From positions 38-64,037 of the forward strand of contig JAFTKK010000018.1 of assembly GCA_017453325.1 (NCBI GenBank): a DNA stretch of 64,000 nt, written 5' to 3'. Positions within the stretch are counted from its first letter, which is position 1. Each line of letters starts with the position of its first letter. The position numbers and the translations under genes are program-made. Under the pieces are notes generated by a model. The model saw nothing but the letters and a program-made list of their open reading frames with translations, was not told the origin of the DNA and searched no databases. Origin of the DNA: Clostridia bacterium. GTDB lineage: Bacteria > Bacillota > Clostridia > Oscillospirales > CAG-272. Of the stretch, positions 25,706 through 34,372 are shown piece after piece.

Positions 25706-25720
25706 TAAAGGAGCAAGGAT

Positions 25721-26800
25721 ATGTTGACAAGTGAAATGATCAAAAAGGTGGCGCTGGAGGCGGGGGCTGATGCCTGCGGTATTGCGCCGATCTCGCGTCT
25801 TAAGGGCGCGCCCGACGACATGAATCCCAAGTTTTTGTTCCCCGAGGCAAAGAGCGTCATTGGCTTTGTGTTCCGTATCCCGCGCGGTGTGCAGCGCGGC
25901 ATTGAGGAGGGTACCCAATTTTATCAGTACCCCTCCATGGCCTACGGCGGTATCAACGAGATCTTTGCCCCCGCCGTGCTTTACCATGTGGGTAAGCTGA
26001 TCGAGGACGAGGGCTATGAGGCCTTTGTTTACAGAAATACCGGTGCGCGCGGCAGCGTGTCGGATATGGACGGCAGCCCCGGAAATACACTCTCTCCCGA
26101 GGAGCAGATCGAGGTGAATGAAAATGCCAAAACCTCCACGGCACATCACCGCAGCGTGCAGTTTACCCGCCCCACGCGCGAGGATAACGTGGCACCCGAC
26201 CTGCAATTTCAGTTCCGCCTGGTGGCGGTGGCCTGCGGCCTTGGCGAGATCGGTTGGAGCAAAATGCTGCTCACCCCGCAGTTCGGCCCCTTGCAAAGAG
26301 TGGCGTTTTTGTTTACCGATGCCGAGCTTGAATATGATGAAATGTATCACGGAGAGCCCCTTTGCCGCAAATGCGGCGCCTGTGTGCGCGAGTGCCCCGG
26401 CGGCTGCATTCCCGCCATGAATTCGGGCAAAACCGTGAGGGTGGATCTTGACGGCAAGATCTGCGAGTGGGGCGACATTGATATGTGGCGCTGCTATGCG
26501 TTCTACACGCACGCGGGCAGATATTACAATCCGTTCGTGCCCAAGGAGGTTTGGGATAAGAACGAGGACGGTGCGCTGAACCTGATGGAGGGCGTGACCG
26601 ACGTGGCCGACGAAAAGGAAATTATGAAGGTATATACCGCCCTGCAAAAATATTTCCCGAGCTGGGTCGGCTACAACATGGCAAAATGCGGCGGCTGCAT
26701 CAGAGCGTGTGTTTCCATGCTTGAGAAAAAGGGCGGCTGCATGGCAGGCAGATTTAAGGAGCCGCTTCGCACCAAAAAGGCCTGGAAGCTGGATCGGTAA
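25721..26800 (+). CDS. QueG/reductive-dehalogenase-superfamily Fe-S protein, paralog 1
   Basis: N-terminus MIKKVALEAGADACGIAP...FPEAKSVIGF resembles the QueG N-domain. CGLGEIGWSKMLLTPQFGP, CRKCGACVRECPGG, then WRC...CGGCIRAC (second cluster). Confidence 0.7.
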   Translation: MLTSEMIKKVALEAGADACGIAPISRLKGAPDDMNPKFLFPEAKSVIGFVFRIPRGVQRGIEEGTQFYQYPSMAYGGINEIFAPAVLYHVGKLIEDEGYEAFVYRNTGARGSVSDMDGSPGNTLSPEEQIEVNENAKTSTAHHRSVQFTRPTREDNVAPDLQFQFRLVAVACGLGEIGWSKMLLTPQFGPLQRVAFLFTDAELEYDEMYHGEPLCRKCGACVRECPGGCIPAMNSGKTVRVDLDGKICEWGDIDMWRCYAFYTHAGRYYNPFVPKEVWDKNEDGALNLMEGVTDVADEKEIMKVYTALQKYFPSWVGYNMAKCGGCIRACVSMLEKKGGCMAGRFKEPLRTKKAWKLDR

Positions 26801-26820
26801 TCAAAAATAAGGAGAATGCT

Positions 26821-27720
26821 ATGTTAACGTCACAAATGATAAAAGAAAAGGCACGTGAGCTGGGTGCGAGCGTATGCGGCATCGGCAAAGTGTATGCGGA
26901 GGCAGATCCGCAGCGCGACCCGCGCATGATCCTGCCGCACGCCAAGACGATCATCGGCTTTGGCTTTGTGGTGCCCAAAACGCTGTTTGGCGTGATGAAC
27001 ACGGGTGTGCAGCATTATACCTACACCACCCTTGGCGTGAAGTATCCCGACGAGGAGTTGGCGGAGATCTTTTTGCTGAAGATTGGTGGCATGATCGAGG
27101 ATGAGGGCTATGATGCCTGCCTGCAGAAATCCGTGCCGAACCTGCGTATCAAGGGCGACAAGACCACCAACCCGGAGGTGGTTGATACCTATGAGCTGAT
27201 CCACGCCGACCCTGTTGAGCAGGGCAAGCCCGCGCCCGACGTGATCATCGATTTCGGCAAAGCGGCCAAGGCCTGCGGCATCGGTGAGCGCGGCCTCAGC
27301 GGCAAGATCCTCAGTCCGAAATTCGGCCCTTACATTCGGTATTGCTTCATTATTACGGATGCACCCCTTGACGTGGACGAGGCGCTCGCGACACCCGTTT
27401 GCGACAATTGCGGCGCGTGCGTGAAGGCCTGCCCCGGCAAGGCCATAGACGAAAACGGCCTTGACACGTGGCAATGCGCGGTTTATTACAAGGGTGCGCA
27501 CAAATCGAACCCCTTTATGACCGACGAGTTTTTGAAGGGTGACCCCGAGCGCGAAGCGATCCTCAACGGTGAAAAGCGCTTTGATGCGGTGAGCGCACGG
27601 GCCCTTTATCCGAAAATGAATTTTCTTCCCAACACGCAATGGGGATATGCACCCTGTCTTTGCGGCAGAGCCTGCGACTATGCCTGCTACGAGCACTTGA
27701 TAGGAGGTAAGAAGCAATGA
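26821..27720 (+). CDS. QueG/reductive-dehalogenase-superfamily Fe-S protein, paralog 2
   Basis: MIKEKARELGASVCGIG, CGIGERGLSGKILSPKFGP, CDNCGACVKACPGKAI, WQC...CLCGRACDYAC. Confidence 0.7.
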   Translation: MLTSQMIKEKARELGASVCGIGKVYAEADPQRDPRMILPHAKTIIGFGFVVPKTLFGVMNTGVQHYTYTTLGVKYPDEELAEIFLLKIGGMIEDEGYDACLQKSVPNLRIKGDKTTNPEVVDTYELIHADPVEQGKPAPDVIIDFGKAAKACGIGERGLSGKILSPKFGPYIRYCFIITDAPLDVDEALATPVCDNCGACVKACPGKAIDENGLDTWQCAVYYKGAHKSNPFMTDEFLKGDPEREAILNGEKRFDAVSARALYPKMNFLPNTQWGYAPCLCGRACDYACYEHLIGGKKQ

Positions 27721-28664
27721 AAGAAAAAATCATAGAGCTTTGCCTGAAATGCGGTGCCGATCTTGTCGGCTTTGCGCCGATCTCCCGTTTTTCCGAACAC
27801 GCGGCAGTACATAAGCTGATGCCCGAGGCAAAGACGGTGATCGGTCTTGGCTTCCGCGTACTGCGCGGCGCGTATCGCGGCATTGAGGAGGGAAGCACCT
27901 ACTATCAGTACACGACCATGGGCGTTGAAAATATGGAGGAGACGGTGATGCCGATGGCATCGGTTCGCCTTTCCATGATGCTGGAGGAGGCGGGGTATTC
28001 TGCGCTGCCGCAGCGCCGCCATCAGCAGATCATGGCAGAGCATGATTCCACCAACCCCGAGGTTGCATTTGACGCCATTTACCGCGACCGTGGGCAGGAG
28101 ACGCAGATGGATTTCGGCGAAGCGGCGGTGCTTTGCGGCCTCGGTGAGATCGGCCTTCACGGCGCGCTGCTGACCGACGAGTTCGGCCCCTTTGTGCGCA
28201 CCTGCTTTGTGCTGACCGATGCCGAAATTGAGCAAACGCCCGTCAAGGAGCCCCATTTGTGCGACAAGTGCGGTGCGTGTGTAAAAGGCTGCCCCGGCAA
28301 GGCCATTGCCGAGGACGGCACGCTTGACCCGTGGCAATGTGCCGTTTATTATAACGGCGCGAACGGATTGAAAAACCCCTTTATGCCGCCCGATGCGTTC
28401 CGTGATTTTGAGGATCGCGTGGCCATCATCAGCGGAGAAGCGAAAGTGACCCCCGAGAAGGCAAGGAAGATCCTGCGAAACATTTACTTTTATCCGCCTG
28501 CGCAGCATGCGTACCAATGCTCGATCTGCGGCAGAGCCTGCGATATCAGCTGCTATATCCATCTTGAGGAAAAGGGTGTGCTCAGCAAGTCCTTTAAGGA
28601 GCCCTTCCGCAAGAGAGAGGAATGGAAGTTCGGGATAGAGGATTTCACACAAAAGCAACAATAA
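27717..28664 (+). CDS. QueG/reductive-dehalogenase-superfamily Fe-S protein, paralog 3
   Basis: ATGA overlap with paralog 2. CLKCGADLVGFAP, CGLGEIGLHGALLTDEFGP, CDKCGACVKGCPGKAI, WQC...CSICGRACDISC. Confidence 0.7.
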   Translation: MKEKIIELCLKCGADLVGFAPISRFSEHAAVHKLMPEAKTVIGLGFRVLRGAYRGIEEGSTYYQYTTMGVENMEETVMPMASVRLSMMLEEAGYSALPQRRHQQIMAEHDSTNPEVAFDAIYRDRGQETQMDFGEAAVLCGLGEIGLHGALLTDEFGPFVRTCFVLTDAEIEQTPVKEPHLCDKCGACVKGCPGKAIAEDGTLDPWQCAVYYNGANGLKNPFMPPDAFRDFEDRVAIISGEAKVTPEKARKILRNIYFYPPAQHAYQCSICGRACDISCYIHLEEKGVLSKSFKEPFRKREEWKFGIEDFTQKQQ

Positions 28665-28677
28665 AGGAGTTGATCTT

Positions 28678-30381
28678 ATGTCAAAAATCTGTTTCTATGC
28701 ATTGGATGAAGTCGGTAAAAGATATGACTTCCTTCAGGTTGGCGACACATACACGCTGCCCCGTGAGCTTTTTTCCGGTGCTGCGACACTCACGGTCTTT
28801 TGTGATGCGTTTGATGCCATGGCGGGGGAGCAGGGCTATTATCTGTTGCCTTCAAGCCGCAGCATCGACGGTGCGCCCCTCACCTATTTTAAGGAGCGCT
28901 GCGATTGCGAGCTTGCTGTGCAGGAGGTCAACCTCTCTCATTTTGCCGTGGCAAAAAGCGAGGCGGTCTATCTTGTGATGGTCAAGCGCGTTTACAAATA
29001 CCGTTGTGTGGGTGAATGCCGCGACAACCGCTACCGTATGATGCTGTCCTTTGATTTTTCCGAGCAGCCCGCCGCCGATGATATTGTGCTTGAGCTCTTT
29101 TCGCTGTCGGCAGATACCGATTATAACGGCGTGGCAAAATTTGTGCGCGAGCTGCGCCTTTCGCGCGGCGAGGTGCGCACCCTGCGCGAAAAATGCGCCG
29201 CCCGTGAGGCGCTTGACTATGCGCGCCGCCATCCGCTGATCCGTATTCGAATGGGATGGAAGCCGATGCCCTGCGAGGTGCTGCATCAAACCCCGGAAAA
29301 CGAGCCGCCGATGCACGTGGCGTGCACCTTTGCCCGTGTACGAGAGTTGGCCGATGAGCTGAAGCGGCAGGGCGTTGAGGGGGCAAACATTTGCCTTGTC
29401 GGCTGGAACCAAAAGGGACATGACGGCAGATGGCCGCAGATGTTCCCCGTGGAGGAGGGGCTTGGCGGCGAGGAGGAGCTTAGAAAAACCATTGCTTACG
29501 TGCAATCGCTCGGGTATATGATCACCTGCCATACCAACAGCAATGATTGCTATGAAATTGCAGATATCTTTGACTTCAATAAGCTTGCGCGTTTGCGCGA
29601 CGGTACGCTCATGGGCGGCAAGGTGGCGTGGAGCGGCGGCACCTGTTATCACCCCTGTCCGCAATATCAGTGGGAAAACGCCGAGGCGCTTTTGCCGCAG
29701 GTGGCGGCGCTCGGCTTTCACGGCATCCATTACATTGATGTTCTTTCGATCATCATGCCTACGGCCTGCTTTGATGAAAAGCATCCCTGCTCGATGAAGG
29801 AGGCAATGGACTATACCGTTAAAATACTCGAGCTTGCTGCAGAGCAGTTTGGCGGCATCGCCTCCGAGGGGTGTATGGATTTCACGCTCGGCGTGCTGGA
29901 TTATGGGCTTTATCACAGCTTTGGCAAGGTGCCGGAAAATGCATTTTTTGATATGATGGTGCCGCTTTGGCAGCTGATCTATCACGGTATTACGCTCTAC
30001 AATCACAATAGTAAAACGGTCAATTATCCCATCAAATCCGAAGTCGAGCATGCCGATGCGCAGCTCTTTGACTGTCTGCCCACCTTCTATATTTATTCCA
30101 AGTTTGTGAACACGGCAGGAAAGAACTGGATGGGAGAGACCGATCTTGTGTGCGATGATGAAAAAACCATGCAGCAAAGCGTTGCGGCGATCAAGCAGGC
30201 GGTCGATGCATATGACCCCGATCGGCAATTCCTGTTTATGCGCTCCTACGAGGAGCCGCGGGCGGGTGTTCGCGTGATCACCTACGAGGATGACAGTAAG
30301 GTCGTGGCCAACGGTACGGACGAAGGCTTTACCTGCCACGGCGAGACGGTGCCCGCGCACAGCGTAAGATGTATCAAATAA
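28678..30381 (+). CDS. Hypothetical 567-aa protein, glycoside-hydrolase-like (TIM barrel) by feel only
   Basis: Long ORF with RBS AAGGAG. NICLVGWNQKGHDGRWPQMFPVEEGLGG...GYMITCHTN. No family recognised with certainty. Confidence 0.3.
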   Translation: MSKICFYALDEVGKRYDFLQVGDTYTLPRELFSGAATLTVFCDAFDAMAGEQGYYLLPSSRSIDGAPLTYFKERCDCELAVQEVNLSHFAVAKSEAVYLVMVKRVYKYRCVGECRDNRYRMMLSFDFSEQPAADDIVLELFSLSADTDYNGVAKFVRELRLSRGEVRTLREKCAAREALDYARRHPLIRIRMGWKPMPCEVLHQTPENEPPMHVACTFARVRELADELKRQGVEGANICLVGWNQKGHDGRWPQMFPVEEGLGGEEELRKTIAYVQSLGYMITCHTNSNDCYEIADIFDFNKLARLRDGTLMGGKVAWSGGTCYHPCPQYQWENAEALLPQVAALGFHGIHYIDVLSIIMPTACFDEKHPCSMKEAMDYTVKILELAAEQFGGIASEGCMDFTLGVLDYGLYHSFGKVPENAFFDMMVPLWQLIYHGITLYNHNSKTVNYPIKSEVEHADAQLFDCLPTFYIYSKFVNTAGKNWMGETDLVCDDEKTMQQSVAAIKQAVDAYDPDRQFLFMRSYEEPRAGVRVITYEDDSKVVANGTDEGFTCHGETVPAHSVRCIK

Positions 30382-30415
30382 AAACCGGTCATCACGCGAA
30401 AATAGAGATAACCCC

Positions 30416-30443
30416 TTGCTTTTTTCGCCGGCTGCGGTATAAT
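30416..30443 (+). promoter_or_regulatory. Sigma-A-type promoter TTGCTT-16-TATAAT with no ORF behind it
   Basis: Hexamers 30416-30421 and 30438-30443. Confidence 0.45.
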
Positions 30444-30594
30444 GTAATTACACTGATACAAGTTATAGCCGAAGAGAGCCGAACACATCAGCCCCTCGGC
30501 GCAACGCCGCCGCTTTTACCCTAAAAGCAAACGAGGTCGTTTTGATCAAAAACGGGTGATTCTCCCGCCAAGGCAACCGCAACCGAAAAACCGC

Positions 30595-30636
30595 GACGCG
30601 CGACAAGATGCAAAGCTTGCCGCGCGTCGTTCTTTT
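30595..30636. terminator. Hairpin GACGCGCGACAAG-(8 nt)-CTTGCCGCGCGTC followed by GTTCTTTT. On the minus strand it is followed by GCGGTTTTT.
   Basis: Read directly. Confidence 0.55.
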
Positions 30637-30829
30637 ATCACATTTTTTCGCCATAAAAATTGCCAATCATAAGTTTTGCATCATGGCGCACAATATATTT
30701 CGGAGCGCAGAGCAACGCGGCAGCGCGGGGCAAAAACGCTCTTGAAAATAGATTTGAAAAGTCTCGCGCTTGCCGCGCGCGCACAGTCGATGTGAGCCGA
30801 TGGCAGGAATGGGACGAAGGAGAACGAAA

Positions 30830-31024
30830 ATGGCTAACAAGCAGGCAAAGCAGGCTCTTGAGCAATTCAAGATGCAGGCAGCTAACGAAGTCGGCGTAAA
30901 CCTCAACCAGGGCTACAACGGCGACCTCACCGCCCGCCAAGCAGGCTCCATCGGTGGCCAGATGGTCAAGAAGATGATCGAGAGCTACGAGCAGGGCATG
31001 GGTGTTTCTCAGCAGCAGAAATAA
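30830..31024 (+). CDS. Alpha/beta-type small acid-soluble spore protein (SASP)
   Basis: MANKQAKQALEQFKMQAANEVGVNL...GDLTARQAGSIGGQMVKKMIE is the classic SASP pattern. RBS GAAGGAGAA. Confidence 0.9.
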   Translation: MANKQAKQALEQFKMQAANEVGVNLNQGYNGDLTARQAGSIGGQMVKKMIESYEQGMGVSQQQK

Positions 31025-31044
31025 GCTTTTAAGATCTGACATTC

Positions 31045-31073
31045 GGGGGGCGCTTTTGTGGCGCCCCCTTTTT
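31045..31073 (+). terminator. Intrinsic terminator GGGGGCGC-(7 nt)-GCGCCCCC plus TTTTT
   Basis: Read directly. Confidence 0.75.
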
Positions 31074-31161
31074 CGTTGCAAAACAAGAAGGCAGGCGAGC
31101 ATTTTTTAAAAATGTTTTTTAAAAACATAGAACAAACTGCGTCAAAAATTGGAAAAATGTA

Positions 31162-31190
31162 TTGACAAAATAGAAAAAACGGGATATACT
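31162..31190 (+). promoter_or_regulatory. Near-consensus sigma-A promoter TTGACA-17-TATACT
   Basis: Hexamers 31162-31167 and 31185-31190. Confidence 0.65.
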
Positions 31191-31225
31191 GAAGAAAAGC
31201 CAATTTTATGGGGAGAACATACCGT

Positions 31226-32242
31226 ATGAAAAAGCATGAGCGACTGCTTGCAGAAAAGTTTTTGCTGCAACGTATTTTTGAAGAGGATCCCGACTTTGTG
31301 GATAAAACAATGGAAGCATTTTCGCTTTCTCGTTCCACGGTCTACAACTATATTAACCGCTTGCAGGATGCGGGGGAGCTGGAGCGCGTGGGCGGCTCGA
31401 TGCCCTACCGTATTCTGTACCACACCTCTCGCTTTACCATTGATACCTCGAAGGAGCGCTCGGAGGATCGCATTTACAACCGCGATATTGCGCCTCTGCT
31501 TGAGGAGCTGCCGCCTGCCGTGCAAAAAATTTGGCGCTATGCCATCACGGCTATGCTCAATAATGCCATGGAGCATGCGCGCGCATCCGCCATTGTTTGC
31601 GTGGTCAACCGCAGCCGCCTTTCCACCATTGTCGGCGTGCTCGATAACGGCATCGGCATTTTCCGCCGCATCGCGCAGGATATCCGTGAGCAAACGGGTG
31701 ACACGCTGACCGCCAATGAGGCCGCTTCTCTGCTTTATTCGGGTGGCTACACCTCCGCGCCCGATACGCACATGGGGCAGGGCATTTTCTTCACGTCGCG
31801 TCTGATGGATCATTTTGCCATTCGTTCCGATACGGCACTCTTCACGCCCCACGCCGAGGATGCCGATGATGAGGGCAGCGGCGAGCGCTTCCGCGGCACC
31901 GCCGTACAGATGGCACTTGCCAATGACACCACGCGTGAGCTGGGAACCCTCATGGCACGTTACATTGACCCCGAGGAGGGCTTTATCCGTACCGAGATCC
32001 CCGTGGCGCGTATGTTTGGCGGTACTTATCCCGTTTCTCGCTCCGAGGCAAGACGCCTTGGCGAAATCATGGAGGGCTTTGCCGAGGTGGAGCTTGATTT
32101 TGCGGGTGTTGAGGAGCTTGGCCCCGACTTTGCACACGAGCTGTTTGCGGTGATCGCACGCCAGCGCACCGATCTGCAGCTTACCCGTGTCAATATGAAT
32201 GAGAGCGTTGCCGCGGCGATCCGCCGCGCCGAGCGCACATAA
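31226..32242 (+). CDS. Three-domain fusion: N-terminal HTH, GHKL (HATPase_c, SpoIIAB-like) ATPase, C-terminal STAS-like DUF4325
   Basis: LSRSTVYNYINRLQDAGELERV (HTH). AMLNNAMEHA...VLDNGIGIF...GQGIFF (N, G1 and G2 boxes). VELDFAGVEELGPDFAHELFAV (DUF4325 core). ATG 31208 is an alternative start. Confidence 0.7.
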   Translation: MKKHERLLAEKFLLQRIFEEDPDFVDKTMEAFSLSRSTVYNYINRLQDAGELERVGGSMPYRILYHTSRFTIDTSKERSEDRIYNRDIAPLLEELPPAVQKIWRYAITAMLNNAMEHARASAIVCVVNRSRLSTIVGVLDNGIGIFRRIAQDIREQTGDTLTANEAASLLYSGGYTSAPDTHMGQGIFFTSRLMDHFAIRSDTALFTPHAEDADDEGSGERFRGTAVQMALANDTTRELGTLMARYIDPEEGFIRTEIPVARMFGGTYPVSRSEARRLGEIMEGFAEVELDFAGVEELGPDFAHELFAVIARQRTDLQLTRVNMNESVAAAIRRAERT

Positions 32243-32307
32243 GCCACACAGCAACCGTCTTGAACGCTTGTTTTAAAATAAAATTTTCCGAAGCGGTTGA
32301 AAATTGA

Positions 32308-32568
32308 ATGAAGTATTTGATTATTCTTTTTGCGGCGATTTTTTATGCTTTATCATTAGTGTATATAACCACGATATCGGCGAGCAAGCACAAATCCATC
32401 AAGCACGGCGCTGAGTTGATTTTGGCTGCGGCATGTTTAACCAGTATAGATTTCATGTCTGACGCATTTGAAATTGCAAATTGGTTTGAAAACTTGTGCT
32501 ATATTTTGATGATTTTTATTGTGGTTGTTTTGCCATTGGCTATGCAAAAATTGAAAGATAAAGAATGA
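32308..32568 (+). CDS. Small (86 aa) predicted 3-TM membrane protein in an AT-rich (about 35% GC) patch
   Basis: Hydrophobic segments YLIILFAAIFYALSLVYITTI, ELILAAACLTSIDFM and LCYILMIFIVVVLPLAM. No clear RBS. No terminator between it and the upstream gene. Confidence 0.4.
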   Translation: MKYLIILFAAIFYALSLVYITTISASKHKSIKHGAELILAAACLTSIDFMSDAFEIANWFENLCYILMIFIVVVLPLAMQKLKDKE

Positions 32569-32694
32569 AAAATTCAATTCTGAAATCAGGAGACAAAGAA
32601 AGGGCAGGCCTGTGTTTTAAGCTCCCGGTTTAAACATCCAAACTAAGCTCTCCCGAGGTGATGGGCTTAATGCCGACTACCTTTTGCGGAATTC

Positions 32695-32728
32695 GCAAAG
32701 CCACCGCCGAGGCGGTGGCTTTGCTTTT
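32695..32728. terminator. Hairpin GCAAAGCCACCGCC-GA-GGCGGTGGCTTTGC plus TTTT
   Basis: Between convergent genes. Confidence 0.7.
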
Positions 32729-32749
32729 GCGTATTGCTTTGCGAAAAAT

Positions 32750-33712
32750 TCAGCTTTGGTGTGTTTTTTTAAGTGCTAAGCCGTCAAGCGCCTTGCTGAT
32801 TTCCCCGGCGGCTTTCACAAGACCCTGCATTTCTTCCTCGGACAGAGGCATATCCAGCACACGGACAATGCCGCCTCGCCCTACCACGGCGGGGAGGCTG
32901 AGGGAAATTTGATGCAGGCCGTAGTGCCCGTCTGCGGCGACAGAGACGGGCAGGATGGTTTGCTCGTCGCGCACGATGGCGGTGACGATGCGGCGCACGG
33001 CTTCGGCAATGGCATAATAGGTGGCGCCCTTGGCACGGATAATGCCGTAGGCAGCGTCGCGCACCTCGATGAAGATCTTGTCGAGCTCGCTGTCACTGAG
33101 GTCACGGGGCTTCGCTTCGCAAAAGCTATCAAGGTCGATGCCCGAAATGTTGGCGCTGCTGAAAACAGGCAGCTCGCTGTCGCCGTGCTCACCGATGATA
33201 AAGGCGTGCACGTTGCGACTATCCACCGCCAAGCGCCTGCCAAGCAGGTACTTGAGACGCGCGCTGTCAAGCACCGTTCCCGACCCAATGACGCGTGACG
33301 GGGGAAAGCCCGACAGACGGCGCGTGATCTCGGTCAGAACGTCAACGGGGTTGGTTACCACAAGCAAAATGCATTCGTTGTTGTACTTGCAGATCTGCTC
33401 AATGATGCTGCGGAACACGCGCGTGTTGGCGCGAACCAGGTCAAGGCGGGTCTCTCCCGGTTTTTGCGCCACGCCTGCCGCAATGATCACAAGCCCTGCC
33501 CCCGCCACGTCGGAATAATCGCCCGCATAGATCTCCATTGGTGCCAGAAAGGGCAGCGCGTGGCCAAGATCGGCTGTTTCACCAAGGACGCGCTCACGGT
33601 TGATATCGATCAGTACCATTTCCGAAAAAAGACCGCTTTTCATCAGGGAAAAGGCGGTGGTGGCGCCGACGTTTCCAAGCCCTACGATGGCGCATTTTCG
33701 AATATCGGTCAT
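32750..33712 (-). CDS. ldh: L-lactate dehydrogenase
   Basis: KCAIVGLGNVGATTAF (NAD fold), VVTNPVD, GEHGDSELPVFS. 320 aa. RBS AGGAGG. Confidence 0.9.
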   Translation of the reverse strand: MTDIRKCAIVGLGNVGATTAFSLMKSGLFSEMVLIDINRERVLGETADLGHALPFLAPMEIYAGDYSDVAGAGLVIIAAGVAQKPGETRLDLVRANTRVFRSIIEQICKYNNECILLVVTNPVDVLTEITRRLSGFPPSRVIGSGTVLDSARLKYLLGRRLAVDSRNVHAFIIGEHGDSELPVFSSANISGIDLDSFCEAKPRDLSDSELDKIFIEVRDAAYGIIRAKGATYYAIAEAVRRIVTAIVRDEQTILPVSVAADGHYGLHQISLSLPAVVGRGGIVRVLDMPLSEEEMQGLVKAAGEISKALDGLALKKTHQS

Positions 33713-33776
33713 ATTTTGCCTCCTGCTTTTTTGCCTTTATCTTCCCCCGTTTGGGGGCTATTTATGCTATTGGCAG

Positions 33777-34265
33777 TCAGGAGCGCCCCAGTCGCGCCTG
33801 CATGGCCGCAAGTGCCGTCGCATGGCCCTCTTCCTCGGTGGCGATCTCCTGCAAGATCGCGGCAATGCGCATATCATTTGCGTCGCGCATCAGACGCCGA
33901 TAGGTAGCGGCATCCTCCATCTCTCCCGCGATTTTGGCCTCGAACAACGCGGCGGTTGCCGCCTCGCTTGCAAAGGGCGATGCTTGCCGCCTGCCTCCAC
34001 CCTGTGAGCCGCGCCATTGCAGCGCGCGCTCAACGCCGAGGCGTCGCAGGATCTGCCCCAAGCGCGTATGGTGTGCCAGCTCCACGCGCGCGAGCTCATC
34101 AAAGAGCTTGGCTACGGCAGGATAGCGATCGCTTGCCGCAATGGCAATGGCCGTATACTCGGCAACGGTGTTGAATTCTTCGATAAATCTTTGGTAGATT
34201 TCCCGCACAAAGGCGGTGTTGGCGGATGTATTGCCGGTATTTCTTCTTGGCGCAAATTCCATCAT
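33777..34265 (-). CDS. Ferritin-like/rubrerythrin-family di-iron protein
   Basis: Two ExxH motifs (ELARVELAHH, EIATEEEGHA). Start at ATGATG 34265 with RBS AAGGAG. Confidence 0.6.
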   Translation of the reverse strand: MMEFAPRRNTGNTSANTAFVREIYQRFIEEFNTVAEYTAIAIAASDRYPAVAKLFDELARVELAHHTRLGQILRRLGVERALQWRGSQGGGRRQASPFASEAATAALFEAKIAGEMEDAATYRRLMRDANDMRIAAILQEIATEEEGHATALAAMQARLGRS

Positions 34266-34327
34266 GTGCTCCTTTTCAAGAGATTTCCTTAACAGTAAAT
34301 GCACGTGAGCGCTAGGGGGTGTCAAAT

Positions 34328-34365
34328 AAAAAAAGGCAGAACACGGTGCGTGTTCTGCCTTTTTT
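34328..34365. terminator. Terminator AAAAAAGGCAGAACAC-GGTG-CGTGTTCTGCCTTTTTT downstream of typA
   Basis: Read directly. Confidence 0.8.
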
Positions 34366-34372
34366 AGTGGGA

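Noticed and set aside
30720-30829. Forespore sigma-G/sigma-F promoter upstream of the SASP gene
   Set aside because: I could not find a convincing GHATR-17/18-CATNNTA match by eye, so I did not annotate a promoter there.
31208-31225. Upstream ATG 31208 as the start of the HTH-GHKL-STAS gene; likewise the track starts at 22089, 38471-39490, 55538, 58655, 58932, 62707 and 62784
   Set aside because: In each case the downstream Met has a properly spaced SD and/or the upstream extension overlaps promoter elements or the preceding gene. I trimmed the coordinates, but the starts remain unverified without N-terminal data.
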